Shown: positions 53,151 through 64,000 of the stretch, piece by piece
Position numbering within the stretch: the stretch's first letter is position 1
Layout: every line of letters begins with the position of its first letter
Source: Schmidtea polychroa
Lineage: Eukaryota
DNA: 64,000 bases
Assembly: GCA_044892525.1 (NCBI GenBank)
Contig: CM097885.1
Span: forward strand, 24,182,001-24,246,000
Direction of reading: 5' to 3'
Notes under the pieces: generated by a model
What the model was told of the DNA's origin: nothing
Databases searched by the model: none
What the model saw: only the letters and a program-made list of their open reading frames with translations
Position numbers and translations under genes: made by a program

Positions 53151-54299
53151 TCACAAATCGATCAGCCAGCTGCCCGGTGGCATCAACGTATACAATTTTG
53201 TTTTACCTCCCCTCGACTGAATCCAGTGAAATAGGTTATCCGGTTCCCTATTGATCGTCACAACGAGGAACCGCTCTCCATTGACATTATTATATGACTT
53301 GCTGCTGACTCCCAGTTTGCGGCACTCCTTGTGGATCACCGCGCGCTCCTTGTTATCGAACTGCCGATCGAATATCAAATCGTCATCCTAGAAAACCCCA
53401 TCAACCACCAATCGCAACCCAACTACAATTCGTATCCACCTGTGCTGATATCCATTCCTTGAGAACTTTCCTCACATTGTTACAAAAGCTTTTCATGTCA
53501 GTCGAGGAGCCCAGATCAAAGCCCAGCCCCTTGCGCTTATTGCCCATCTCCTGAATGATTGGCTCTTTGATCCCGTCACCTGCCTTGCCCAGACCTCGCT
53601 CCTCGTCCCAGCCCATCTTCATCATCAATTTCCCACCGATATTTGAATTGGAATTGATTTTGGTTGGATCATTCAGCTGACAGAAAGTTCACAAAGAATT
53701 AAATAAGAAAATCGAAATTTACATTTTTCTCATACATTTCCGATTTATCGATATTGACAGACTCGGTATTGTTATCATTGATATACAGCGTGTTCCTCAT
53801 CACTGTCCATTTAGTCTTTTGCAAATGACGCAGCACAAACTGCGATAGCTGAAATCTCGTTGTCGCGTTATCCATGAAAAAATCTGTGCTTGCTAAAGAC
53901 TTTCCATTAACCAATAAATGTAGTTTGTTATCAATTTCAGAAAAGGTCATATTCAGTTTGAAGAACTGGAATGATTCTAGCAGAATTCCAGCAGGGCTGG
54001 TCACCTGTAAATTGAATATTTATACATTTATTTAATCATTAGTTATATTGAATATTTATACAATTATATAATCATTAATTATATTGAATATTTATACATT
54101 TATTTAATCATTAATTATATTGAATTTGTATATTTTTAATTATCAATATATATTTGTAATGATTGATTAGTGAATTAATTATGATAAATTGCTCGAAATT
54201 TTAATATTTCTATAACATCTGTTAACACAAAACAACATATTATTAATAATCAATAAATAATAAAATATTAATAATAATAATAATAAATAAATAATAATA

Positions 54300-54356
<57 letters not shown>

Positions 54357-54761
54357 TAATAATAATAAATAATAATAATAATTAATAATAATAATTATTA
54401 TAATAAAAATAATAATATTAATAATAATAATAAATAATAATTAATAATAATAATAATAATAATAAATAATAATACTAATAATAATAAATAAAATTATAAA
54501 TAATAATAAAATAAATAATGATAATAAAATATTAATAATAAATAAATAATAAAATATTAATAATAATTATAATAATTCCAATTTCACCACTCATTTTTTT
54601 TCCATTTTATTTATTAAAAAGAGCTTGAAGACTATCAGTAAATATATCGATGTTTGTGAATATCAAAAACATCGATATATTACTAATTTATAGTCTTCAA
54701 GATCTCTTTTAACAAATATAATAATAATAATAATAAATAATAATAATAAATAATAATAATA

Positions 54762-54818
<57 letters not shown>

Positions 54819-57800
54819 TCGCAATTTATAAAAATATTAATCTCATTAACAATAATAAATAGAAATCAATAATAATTTATGAAAATATAGAATAAAAATA
54901 TCATTAATATTATATGAAAACTTACCATTCTATTATTTCGTAGATAAAAGTTTTTCATAACTGGCAAATCATAAAATTCTGATCCTTTTGGAGGATCACT
55001 GTCGTGATCAGAATCGAGTTCAGGTGGACAACCAAGAGAAGCCGCTGTGAAATATTTCGTCACATCGATTCCTCCTATTAGATTCAGATGTAGATTTTTC
55101 AGTGTTTGAATTTTGGCTAATTTCTTATTAATGTGACGAGTTTTCCCGAGAAGGATAATTTTATCAAGAATTATTTCACAACAAATCTCATTGTCGATGT
55201 CTTTTTCGAATTTAAATTCTATATCTTGATTGGTTTTCTGAGCAACATTTAAAATGACTTTCTTTGCTGTCAACATTGACACTTCGACAATTTTCATTTG
55301 AATGTAAGCTTCTCGGAATTTCTCGACACAATCTCGATAAATGTCTGATTTAATTGCGTCGTTGTAACTGAAAGTGTTTAAGGTGGCGTAAAGTTCTATG
55401 GGAAATATGTGAACAAGGATAATAATTAAGAATATATGTAATATATGTAACTCATTGATTCATTGACTCACTGTGTAATAGGGTGGAGTGAAAATGACCG
55501 AAAAAAAATTTTTTGACTTAGTAGACTTTGGATAGTTATAAAAACTTGCTATGAGGTCAAATGAAGTACTCTGTAAAGAAAAACAATAATTTAAATAATG
55601 TCTTGAGGTTCCACAACCAACTTTAAAATGTAACCATTGATAAGAAAACGATAATGTATTTGCTATCCGGTGTTTTTTTCATTACAAGGAATTGGCAACT
55701 TTTTGCTTCCACTAATACGTTATCGTTACTTACTGTTAACTAAAAGATCATTATTAGTTCACTTTTCTACGCATTCACACGCTGCACTTCCTGTTTCTAG
55801 AGTCAATTCAGACGGATTATTGCATACATATTGCATAACATTGTATTTTTTTTGAATCGCTGTATGTAGTATTGTTAGTGATAAATAATTACTCCACTAC
55901 GATACTTCATTATAAGAGGTAATATTATAACATATTATTGAAGTCATTGATGGCATTTAAATAATATGGATTTAAAATGCCTCTGGTTTTCCTTTTTAGA
56001 GTTGCAATGGCTGTAACCAGAAAGAAAGTGTCTTGTGTCATCTTTGGTGGTCCATCCGAGATGCCCGACAATCAACTACCGACTTATGCAGATGTTATGA
56101 AATTCTACAACCTGACAAAGCAGAGACTGAAATGCGAATTGAACAATAAAGATCCTTCACATCGCAACGTGGCAGAAACAGTGTCAATGAAAGTAGAACA
56201 AATATGGGACAAAGCTTCCATACCACATGTAAGCCACCGCCGTGTTCATGAAATGTTGAACGTGTACCACAAGACGTTCATGAAATTGCTGAAGCCGTAT
56301 AAATCTAGGAAGGACTCAGAACCATACAGAGAGAAAATATCGCAGTTTAAAGATGAATCGATTAAACTCTTTGACATTTGCTCCTGCAAGTGCTCTTGTA
56401 TGTCTCAGTGTCACTGTGAGAAGTCAAGAAAGATACCCACAATTGAACGTGACTTTCTAGAAGATCAGCGGGGTTCACGCAGTATGATCATAGCTGGAGT
56501 TGATGAGGTTGAATCCAGTAGATTACAAAAGCGGTATATCCGTAAAGAGTCGACACAGAGGCAGATGTGTACCAAATCTGCCATTGATGACATCGGTGAT
56601 AAACAGTCGGATGTCTGTGACGAGATTTCTGGAATGGAAGAGGAAATGGATACCGGCGATGATGACTCTGATGACGATGGTATAAGCCAAATTAAACAAC
56701 AGCGAAAATTGAATGACAAGCAGATGAGAGTTAAGCTACCGTCGTTGGCTTTAGCGTGTGATCGACATGGCGTATCCGACAGGGCGGCAGCAGGAATCGC
56801 CAGTGCTGTTCTTCAAGATGTTGGAATAATCCACGAACATGATGTTTCTAAAGTGATTGACAGAAGTAAAGTGCGTCGAGAACGTTGTAATAAGCGTGGC
56901 GCATTATGTGCCGAAGTCAGTAACACAATCACTGGGTTATATTTTGACGGCAGAAAAGACAATACAATGACCCAAATTAAAGAATGCGATGGTAAATTTC
57001 ATCGGAAAATAATAACTGAAGAACATATATCGATTATAGCCGAACCAGGAGCTACATATTTCGGTCACATTACACCAACTGCAGGGTCAAGCAAAGTTAT
57101 CACGGCTGAGTTGATTGCATATTTGAATAAAAGAAATGTTGACACGAGTGGCATAAAAGCAATAGGTTGTGATGGGACAGCCACTAATACGGGCATTCGA
57201 GGAGGCATCATTCGATTACTTGAAGTGACGTTACACAGACCGCTACAGTGGTTCGTATGTCAGTTGTATGCAAACGAATTACCGTTAAGACATTTGTTTC
57301 AGTATCTTGATGGACCTACCAATGGTCCAAAAGGATTTTCTGGTCCCATTGGAAAGTCATTGTTGAATTGTGAGAAGCTTCCCATCGTTGACTACATGCC
57401 GATAAACTGTGTTCTACCGTCAAGTGCAAATTCCGACGATTTAAGTACAGATCAGAAATACCTGTTCGATTTGTGTACTGCTGTAAGTGTTGGTATTTGT
57501 CCTGTCGACCATTCACTTCGCAATCCTGGTCTTATCAACCATTCGAGATGGTTAACCACGGCTAATCGCATACTACGTCTGTATGTTGCCACAAGAAGCC
57601 CGTCGGATGAACTAAAGACGCTTGCTACCTTCATCGTAACAGTTTATGCACCTGCATGGTTTGAAATAAAGAATACCCCTTCGTGTAAAGACGGCGCTCG
57701 ACATGTCCACAGTACGATACTGAAATCACGCTACCTCACAGACGAGCTGAAGAAAGTTGTTGACCCGGTAATTCAACGCAACGCATTCTTTAGTCATCCA

Positions 57801-60444
57801 GAAAATCTGTTGCTTGCGATGCTTACCGATGAAAGATCAGATATACGCGAGTTAGCTCTGCCACGCATACTGAAATCCAGAAAGCAGAAACGTACGACTT
57901 CAGTTAGATCTTTCTGCGTGCCAGTAATCAACTTTTAAGGTACTAGCTACATAGACATGATCGATTGGCAGAAAACTCCGATCACAGAGCCTCCAATCGT
58001 AGTGGACATTGACGAAGATACTTTGTTAACCATGATCCGGGAAGAAGAAACGCCAAGACTGGATTTCGCCCGCTATCCTTGTCACACCCAGGCAGTAGAG
58101 AGACATATCAAGCTAGTGACAGAAGCATCCGAAATGGTGTGTGGTCCAGAAAAACGTGACGGATTCATTAGAGCACGCTTGGAATCGAGATCGAAAATGC
58201 CAAAACTGGACACCAAAGCCCAACATCATTTGTAGTTATAAAAACATGTTAGACAGTTTGCATGTGGTTTCCCTTCACAGATATGGTTCTTATTACTTGT
58301 AATGTTATGTACAGACTGTTAAAAAGTTAAACCATAACATAAATATGTTACTTATAAAAAAATGTTTTTTTTAAAGATTATTGCTTTTTTATCGAAATAT
58401 GCCTATACTTTAGGTCAATTGTGGAACCTCAAGATATGCTTTAAATTGTCTAATTGTTTGCCACATTACTAATTGCATGTGTTACCAAGTTTTTATAGCT
58501 ATCCAAACAAGATATTAAGAAAAAAAAATTTTCACTCCACCCTACTGTGTAACGCAATTATAGTTTATAAATCGGAAAAAGAAATATTTTTTAGATTTTA
58601 ATTTTTTTCAAAAAAAAATTCTTTTTGTTTATTGTGATCAATTTTTATCATTTGCTCACGTTGGTATCAATTTAGAGAGCCCCAGTATTTTCACTCATCC
58701 AACTGTATGTTGCTTTATCACCAGCAAGAGTTGCAATTATTGTTTCCATATATAACTGTCGGCATGGATTTTAATGGCAGCCTGGTGATAAGGATAATTT
58801 ACTATGAGTATATTTTATCTGTTTGGTATTTTAGTGTTTTGATTAAAAATGGCCCCCATTTAATTATAAAAAATTGATTAATTTTATTATCATTCAATGA
58901 AGTCAGTTTGAAATAATATTGAAATAAATTTCCATATTGTCGATTAAAATTAAGGAATAAATATATAACATTTAATTAAGTTACATAAAATTTTATTTTT
59001 TGAAAAGCTGAAAATATATGACATATCAAAGGCGAACAAAATAATTAAGAATTTTATTTAAGGAATTAATTAATTATGTATTAATTTCTATATAGAAATT
59101 CTGTATTAAATAATCAGTACTAACCTTATTTTTACATTTTTTTTAAATAATTAATTTTTTATTAATATCTTCATCATTCATTAATTTGTTTTTTGTTCCT
59201 TTTAAATGTTACTCAATAAAATTTTGTGATATTCTCAATATGAACCGTCCACAAAACATCAAACATCCGAATCCAAAGAAAAGTTAGGAAATAATTCATG
59301 AATTCGATTCTCAAACTCCTTCCTAATGTCACCAGGTTAATTCCAGTCTCTTAATAGCTTTTCTCATTGATTGTATTAAATAAATTATGCAACAATAAAA
59401 TCTTTTATAATATTCCCATTTCATGTTCATTTGTTGTTCAGCAGAATATTAATATATTTTATAATTAATAATAATTATCAATAAATTAAATCTATAATTT
59501 AATATAATAGATACGAATAATTAAAATTAATATTACATAAGATAAATATACTAAAAACTCCTTTCCGTTCTTTTTTATAAGAATATTTAACGTTAGAATG
59601 AAATTTTGGAACGAATTACATAAAAAGCATATTACTTATACCTCTAACGTTGAGGTATGTTAATGACCGCCATATGCAAGGAATGTTTGTCATTTCAATT
59701 CCAATCGAGAAATCTGAAGATTGGTTGTGTTATGTGTCTTTAAGCAGTTATATATTATTCAGCTAATTAATGTCATATCAAATCATTGTGCTGTCAATGA
59801 TTAACAAAATATAAGTATAGGATAAAACTACTGATTAAATTTTTATAAATTTTTAAGCAATTAATTATTGATGAACGAATATGTTATCAAAATTTACCTA
59901 ATTAATTTATCTACTTCTATTTTTTGACATTCATTCGACTTTGTGATTTCTGGCATCGGCTCTTGAATTGGAATTTCTTGTGGTTCAATTTTACATAATT
60001 GAAAGTTGTTAGATGATTTAATAAAATCTATAAATTTAAAATTCACTCGAGACTGAGCATATGCATATTTAGGAGTTCTATAGTATTCAATTGTAGTTTT
60101 AATATCAGTCTGTTCTATTGCTAGAGAAAATGTGAAAATATTTGAAATATTATTTGAAAATGTAATTACCATTAACTTTGTCTATTGAAAAGTTACCTTT
60201 AACTAATGGAAAAGCTTCGTCAAAATCATAAATCTAGAATATGTGATAAAGAATATTGTAATTAGATAAAATATTATACAATCTTCATTATTTCTTGGGA
60301 ATAAAGTACACCAAATATCTTATAATTGGCATAGCAATTTGAAATAGCAATAATATTTTTAAAATTATTAGCGAACTTAAAATTATTTGTGAAATGGTCT
60401 TTATATTTTCCATGTCCAGGTAATTCATTTTCTTTACAGTTCAT
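53151..60444 (-). CDS. NKRF: NKRF-like protein (XTBD, central putative dsRBD-like region, G-patch, R3H), 7 exons, ~540 aa
   Basis: Hand-built model: 60444-60280, 60233-60197, 60120-59898, 55367-54926, 54004-53723, 53676-53440, 53387-53151. All introns are GT-AG with compatible phases; total 1623 nt with no internal stop. Exons 1-2 give IIAISNCYANYKIFGVLYSQEIMKIIYDF (XTBD-like); exon 6 gives NIGGKLMMKMGW...GLGK.GDGIKEPI...KGLG (G-patch); exon 7 gives ERAVIHKECRKLGVSSKSY (R3H). The 3' four exons are more secure than the 5' three. Confidence 0.82.
54010..54820. repeat. Intronic repeats: ~37-bp tandem units (54010-54130) and (AAT)n arrays (54255-54555, 54720-54817)
   Basis: Direct inspection; inside NKRF-like intron 4. 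Confidence 0.85.
55479..58544 (+). mobile_element. Full-length hAT-superfamily (hATm-type) DNA transposon, 3066 bp
   Basis: Perfect 17-bp TIR TAGGGTGGAGTGAAAAT / ATTTTCACTCCACCCTA. Perfect 8-bp TSD CTGTGTAA at 55471-55478 and 58545-58552. Further subterminal inverted blocks, e.g. tcttgaggttccacaa / ttgtggaacctcaaga. Confidence 0.93.
56007..58235 (+). pseudogene. hATm-type transposase with one premature stop
   Basis: YFDGRKD, GCDGTATNTG, CQLYANE (CxxH position reads Y), SRWLT and PCHTQAVER motifs. ORFs 55977-57938 and 57957-58235 are in the same frame, separated by a single TAA. A probable 5'UTR intron at 55919-55999 would make ATG 56007 the start. Confidence 0.85.
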
Positions 60445-60759
60445 AATAAAATTTAAATTTTGATAATTTTCAACAACATTATTTAAACAATATTTAATTA
60501 AATCAATGAAAAGTACTAAATAAGGAAACCAAATGATACAATGAGTATGAATTAATGAATTATTAAAATATTTGCAATAAATTCGTTCAATTAATGTTAA
60601 TTGTAGATGTTATTGATTTAATTACAAATTCTTCAAAAATATTATTTTCTAACAATTATCAAAGTTTTTAAATATTTTAAAAGTTATTTGAATTTCATCC
60701 CCTTTTTTAATTTGACTACGCTTAAGTTGTAAAAACGAAATTCTCATGATATCTTTTCT

Positions 60760-61040
60760 GTGTTCCTAAGTTGTATAAATGTTAATTTAATCAAATTTCA
60801 TGAATGGCTTTCAATTCGATATAAGGTCACAATGGAAAAAAAATTAATTTTCATTTTTGGATTTGTTAATATAAAAAACTGCTTAAGGTTGGAAATATAT
60901 AGAAGGCAAACAGATACGGGTTTGTGTACATCTTCCATTAGCTTCTGTGACCTCAAGTACAATAGAAATATAATAAAAGATTCGATATATAGATGATGGG
61001 CACTGTTTTCAATTTTTGAAAAGCTGTAAAAAGTTTATCT
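60760..61040 (+). mobile_element. Penelope-like RT C-terminal (thumb) remnant
   Basis: VTMEK...LEIYRRQTDTGLC...SFCDLKY.RNII...IYR resembles the PLE pattern YRKxTxTxxY...K...I. Confidence 0.6.
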
Positions 61041-62342
61041 AATCTCATCTTTTCTAGAGAAACGGGTTTTCACACACACATACATAATGGTTTTGTAAAC
61101 ATGTAAGAGAATAGACTTTGATACACTTTATACTGTGACAAAGCATGTGAAACAATTATTTAATATTTATCCACTATACATTTTGTTGATTACATTTTGT
61201 AGTCGCATCCACTCAATGAGTTAATTTGAATTTTGACGTTAATTTGACATTTATGTATGAATATCTGCAATTCCGCTCATTTCGCTCAACACTATAATGA
61301 TGATTTGATGCCTAACCGTTATTATTAATAAATTTTGAATTTTTATATTTTGTCTATAATTTATAATTAAATAGAAATTTCAGACAGTAAAAATTATATT
61401 TTCATATAATTGCATATAAAAGCTATATAAACGTACTTAATCAAAAAAGAAACAATGTAGAGTATTACAAGTCACAATAAACAACAAGGCGAAAACAACT
61501 GTAAGAATAACGCAATTAGATATTTTGAAAACGACTAAAACAATCAGATGATGATTGACTTACCAAACTCTAAATCACTATAGCAAATGATGTCGGCAAA
61601 TCTCAGTAAAAGAGCCGTAAAGAGTCATAGATTGACGAGTGATGTATGCAGTTGCAATAATTAAAAGTATATTTATTCAAAAGATGAAATTTCAAAGAAT
61701 AGTAATCTCGATGTTCATGTTCATAAAAATTATAAATTCCTCGAATCAAGTTTGACTTTGAATCTTGATTCAAAGTCAAACCATTAAACAGGATTTTCTT
61801 GGGTACCTCCCAACCAATTCGAATAATATATTTTTTTATTTTTAAAATTCTCAGTACATTTTAAAAAATATTTTTTTTAAATTATTATATTTCTATGTAG
61901 TGGGTATAATGGGAATCCTGGGCAACCCCACCCGTTACCTCTAAAGTAAGAAAATAAGAAAATAAGAAAATAAGAAAAGCAGTGAACGGGTCGTGTAGAT
62001 GCTTTAATAATGTAAGGAAAAATAGAAATAAAAATCAAACAAAAAATGAGATGGACAAAACAACAATGAATAACAATAATAATAAAAATAGCAATCGAGA
62101 AAGATAAAATTTAATATTTAAAAGTAATCAAGCACATAGAAATTAAATTACAAAAAAAAATAAAACATAATAAGCAAAGTAGAATTCATAAATAAATAAA
62201 TAATTGATAAGATCTAAAGGCGAAAATAAGGAAAAAACAAACGAAACAAGACAACATTTAATAATCAGAAAAATAGCACAAAAACTAAAATTAAAAAACG
62301 TAAAATCGAAATAATTAAAATTGGAATATAAATCCTACCAAT

Positions 62343-64000
62343 TAAAGATGTCAATTATCCGGACTTTCTGGTATCCGGATATCAAATAGCTTAAACATGA
62401 AATATCCGGATATGCGGATACTATTCGGATATTTGCCAATTCTGAAATTTAGAAAAAAAAATCAAAATATTTTAGTTTTTAAGTTCATTTTATTTAATTC
62501 AAGAAAAAGAAAGTATATAATAATATAGTTTTATTATTTTTAATCATTATTAATTTATTATTCATTATTGAAATAATATTTCAAGAATACCAAAGCGTTC
62601 AACAATGGAAACTGAAGTCTACTTCTTAATTTTGTTGAAAATGTACCAGCCACCGAGAAAACTCTCTCACTGCTAGTGGAGGTTGGTTGAATCGTATTAA
62701 GAGCATTCAAAAGTTTTTCTAAGTTGTGAGTTAGTTTTCCATTGCCTTCAAGAAGTTTTAATTCTTTTTGTAAAGAGTCAAAATTATTTTTTTGAAATTT
62801 TGTTGGATTTTCACTGCTCATGGAAGCTATAGATTTTTTCAATTCCATAACCAATGTAATCGGTTCGCAAATTTCATCCTCAAATCCGGACGAAGACACA
62901 TGATTTTCATCTTCTGGAATTGCATACAATCGACTCATTGTATCTTTTGCATAGGCATAGATTGCTGGTTTCGAAGCATATGTAATATCATCAAAATTAT
63001 CATCTCGGGAGATTGATGAATTTTGTAGAAATTTCATCAAAGATACTACTTCTTTATTTCTTCGTTTTAAAATTTCTGTTTTTAATGACGTCAACATTTC
63101 ATTGCTCAAATCTGAATCAATATCGTTTAATTTTTTAAACATAAATTTAACAACACCTTCGCTAGATAAAAGTGTTGCTTGTTCGTTACTCAACTCTTTT
63201 ACACCTAATTCAAGTGGTTTTAAGATATTTAACATATTTTCTAGGATTACGAAATTTTGTTCATTGTAATATTCTTTTTCCGTTCCTAATAAGTCAATCA
63301 ATGATTGTTTAATACATTTTTTTAACTTTAGGAGTCGCTCAATCATAGGGACCAATGAGTTCCACCTGGTTTTGCAATCCAACAGTAAATGTAATTCTTT
63401 TTTTTCTTGTTCCATAACATATTTTTGAAGAACATTTTTTCGAACAGCAGAAAATTTAAAAAATTTTATAAGCCTCCGTGATTCAGATATAACAACATTA
63501 ATGTCAGGTCTCATAAGTATATTATTAACACCAGTATTATCAAATCCTAAATTCATATTTTCGTGTTCAATATCACTATTTTCATAATCATAATCAGAAT
63601 CGTTTTCAGACTGCTCATCAAATTTGCTATTATTTTCATCATCAGATGTCGTAACCGTTCCTGTTTTTTTATAAAAAACACCAATCACGGCCAAATGAAT
63701 GGCGTGATTGTAGCACAATTGACTGATTGCAGAAATATTTCGTCCATACTTCTGCATAAGAGCAGCACCATCATGCGTGGAGGCAACAATATCTGAAAAC
63801 TGAATACCGAATTCTAAAAGTTTATCTTTCACTATTTTTTTAGTTTTTTCAGCGTCACAAGATCCATCGATTTTTGCCAATCCTAATTTATAACAGATAC
63901 TCTTGCTATGTAGTGTAACATTCATATAACGCTTCATATTTATGTCCGTCCATTCATCGACTGTAATACTGAATTTTTGTTCATTGTTTTTTTTTGTATT
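62343..64000 (-). mobile_element. hAT transposon, 3' part (runs off the window)
   Basis: Terminus-like TAAAGATGTCAAT at 62343, followed by clustered ATCCGGA(T) subterminal repeats (62357-62432). The second end and TSD lie outside the window. Confidence 0.75.
62558..64000 (-). CDS. hAT transposase, 5'-partial, uninterrupted within the window
   Basis: The frame is open upstream of the listed Met (FSITVDEWTDINMKRY). Motifs THDGAALM, CYNHAIHL (CxxH), DCKTRWNS and PTSTSSERVFSVAG give the complete D-D-E triad. Confidence 0.9.
   Translation of the reverse strand, partial: NTKKNNEQKFSITVDEWTDINMKRYMNVTLHSKSICYKLGLAKIDGSCDAEKTKKIVKDKLLEFGIQFSDIVASTHDGAALMQKYGRNISAISQLCYNHAIHLAVIGVFYKKTGTVTTSDDENNSKFDEQSENDSDYDYENSDIEHENMNLGFDNTGVNNILMRPDINVVISESRRLIKFFKFSAVRKNVLQKYVMEQEKKELHLLLDCKTRWNSLVPMIERLLKLKKCIKQSLIDLLGTEKEYYNEQNFVILENMLNILKPLELGVKELSNEQATLLSSEGVVKFMFKKLNDIDSDLSNEMLTSLKTEILKRRNKEVVSLMKFLQNSSISRDDNFDDITYASKPAIYAYAKDTMSRLYAIPEDENHVSSSGFEDEICEPITLVMELKKSIASMSSENPTKFQKNNFDSLQKELKLLEGNGKLTHNLEKLLNALNTIQPTSTSSERVFSVAGTFSTKLRSRLQFPLLNALVFLKYYFNNE

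Noticed and set aside
55368..55397. Alternative acceptor at 55396 for NKRF-like exon 4
   Set aside because: Its phase is incompatible with the exon-3 donor and gives a stop; TTTCAG at 55368 fits.

Overview
Extremely AT-rich eukaryotic genomic DNA. The very short introns, (TA)n/(ATT)n arrays, the GPCR type and the transposon repertoire suggest a triclad planarian, but that is inference. The window is mostly a nested transposon graveyard: hAT elements (Charlie/SPIN-type, hATm-type and others), Tc1/IS630, Tigger/pogo, piggyBac, Penelope, Gypsy, a probable LINE, and Polinton/Maverick fragments. Three intact host-type genes are supported: (1) an intronless, strongly diverged TFIIB paralogue (4311-5216, minus); (2) an intronless rhodopsin-class GPCR (26765-27709, minus); (3) a 7-exon NKRF-like gene (XTBD ... 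G-patch-R3H; 53151-60444, minus), reconstructed by hand, with a near-intact 3.07-kb hATm-type transposon in intron 3. The left 21 kb holds three copies of a ~3-kb segment made of AT-rich satellite plus an LTR end, a tRNA-Leu PBS and a gag start; TFIIB sits between two of them. The most interesting observations are the TFIIB paralogue in this setting, a minimal hammerhead ribozyme directly preceded by a U1-snRNA-like 5' end, and a Gypsy family with non-canonical TATTA...TAATA LTR termini whose gag ATG overlaps the PBS. All protein-family calls come from motif recognition by eye; no searches were run.
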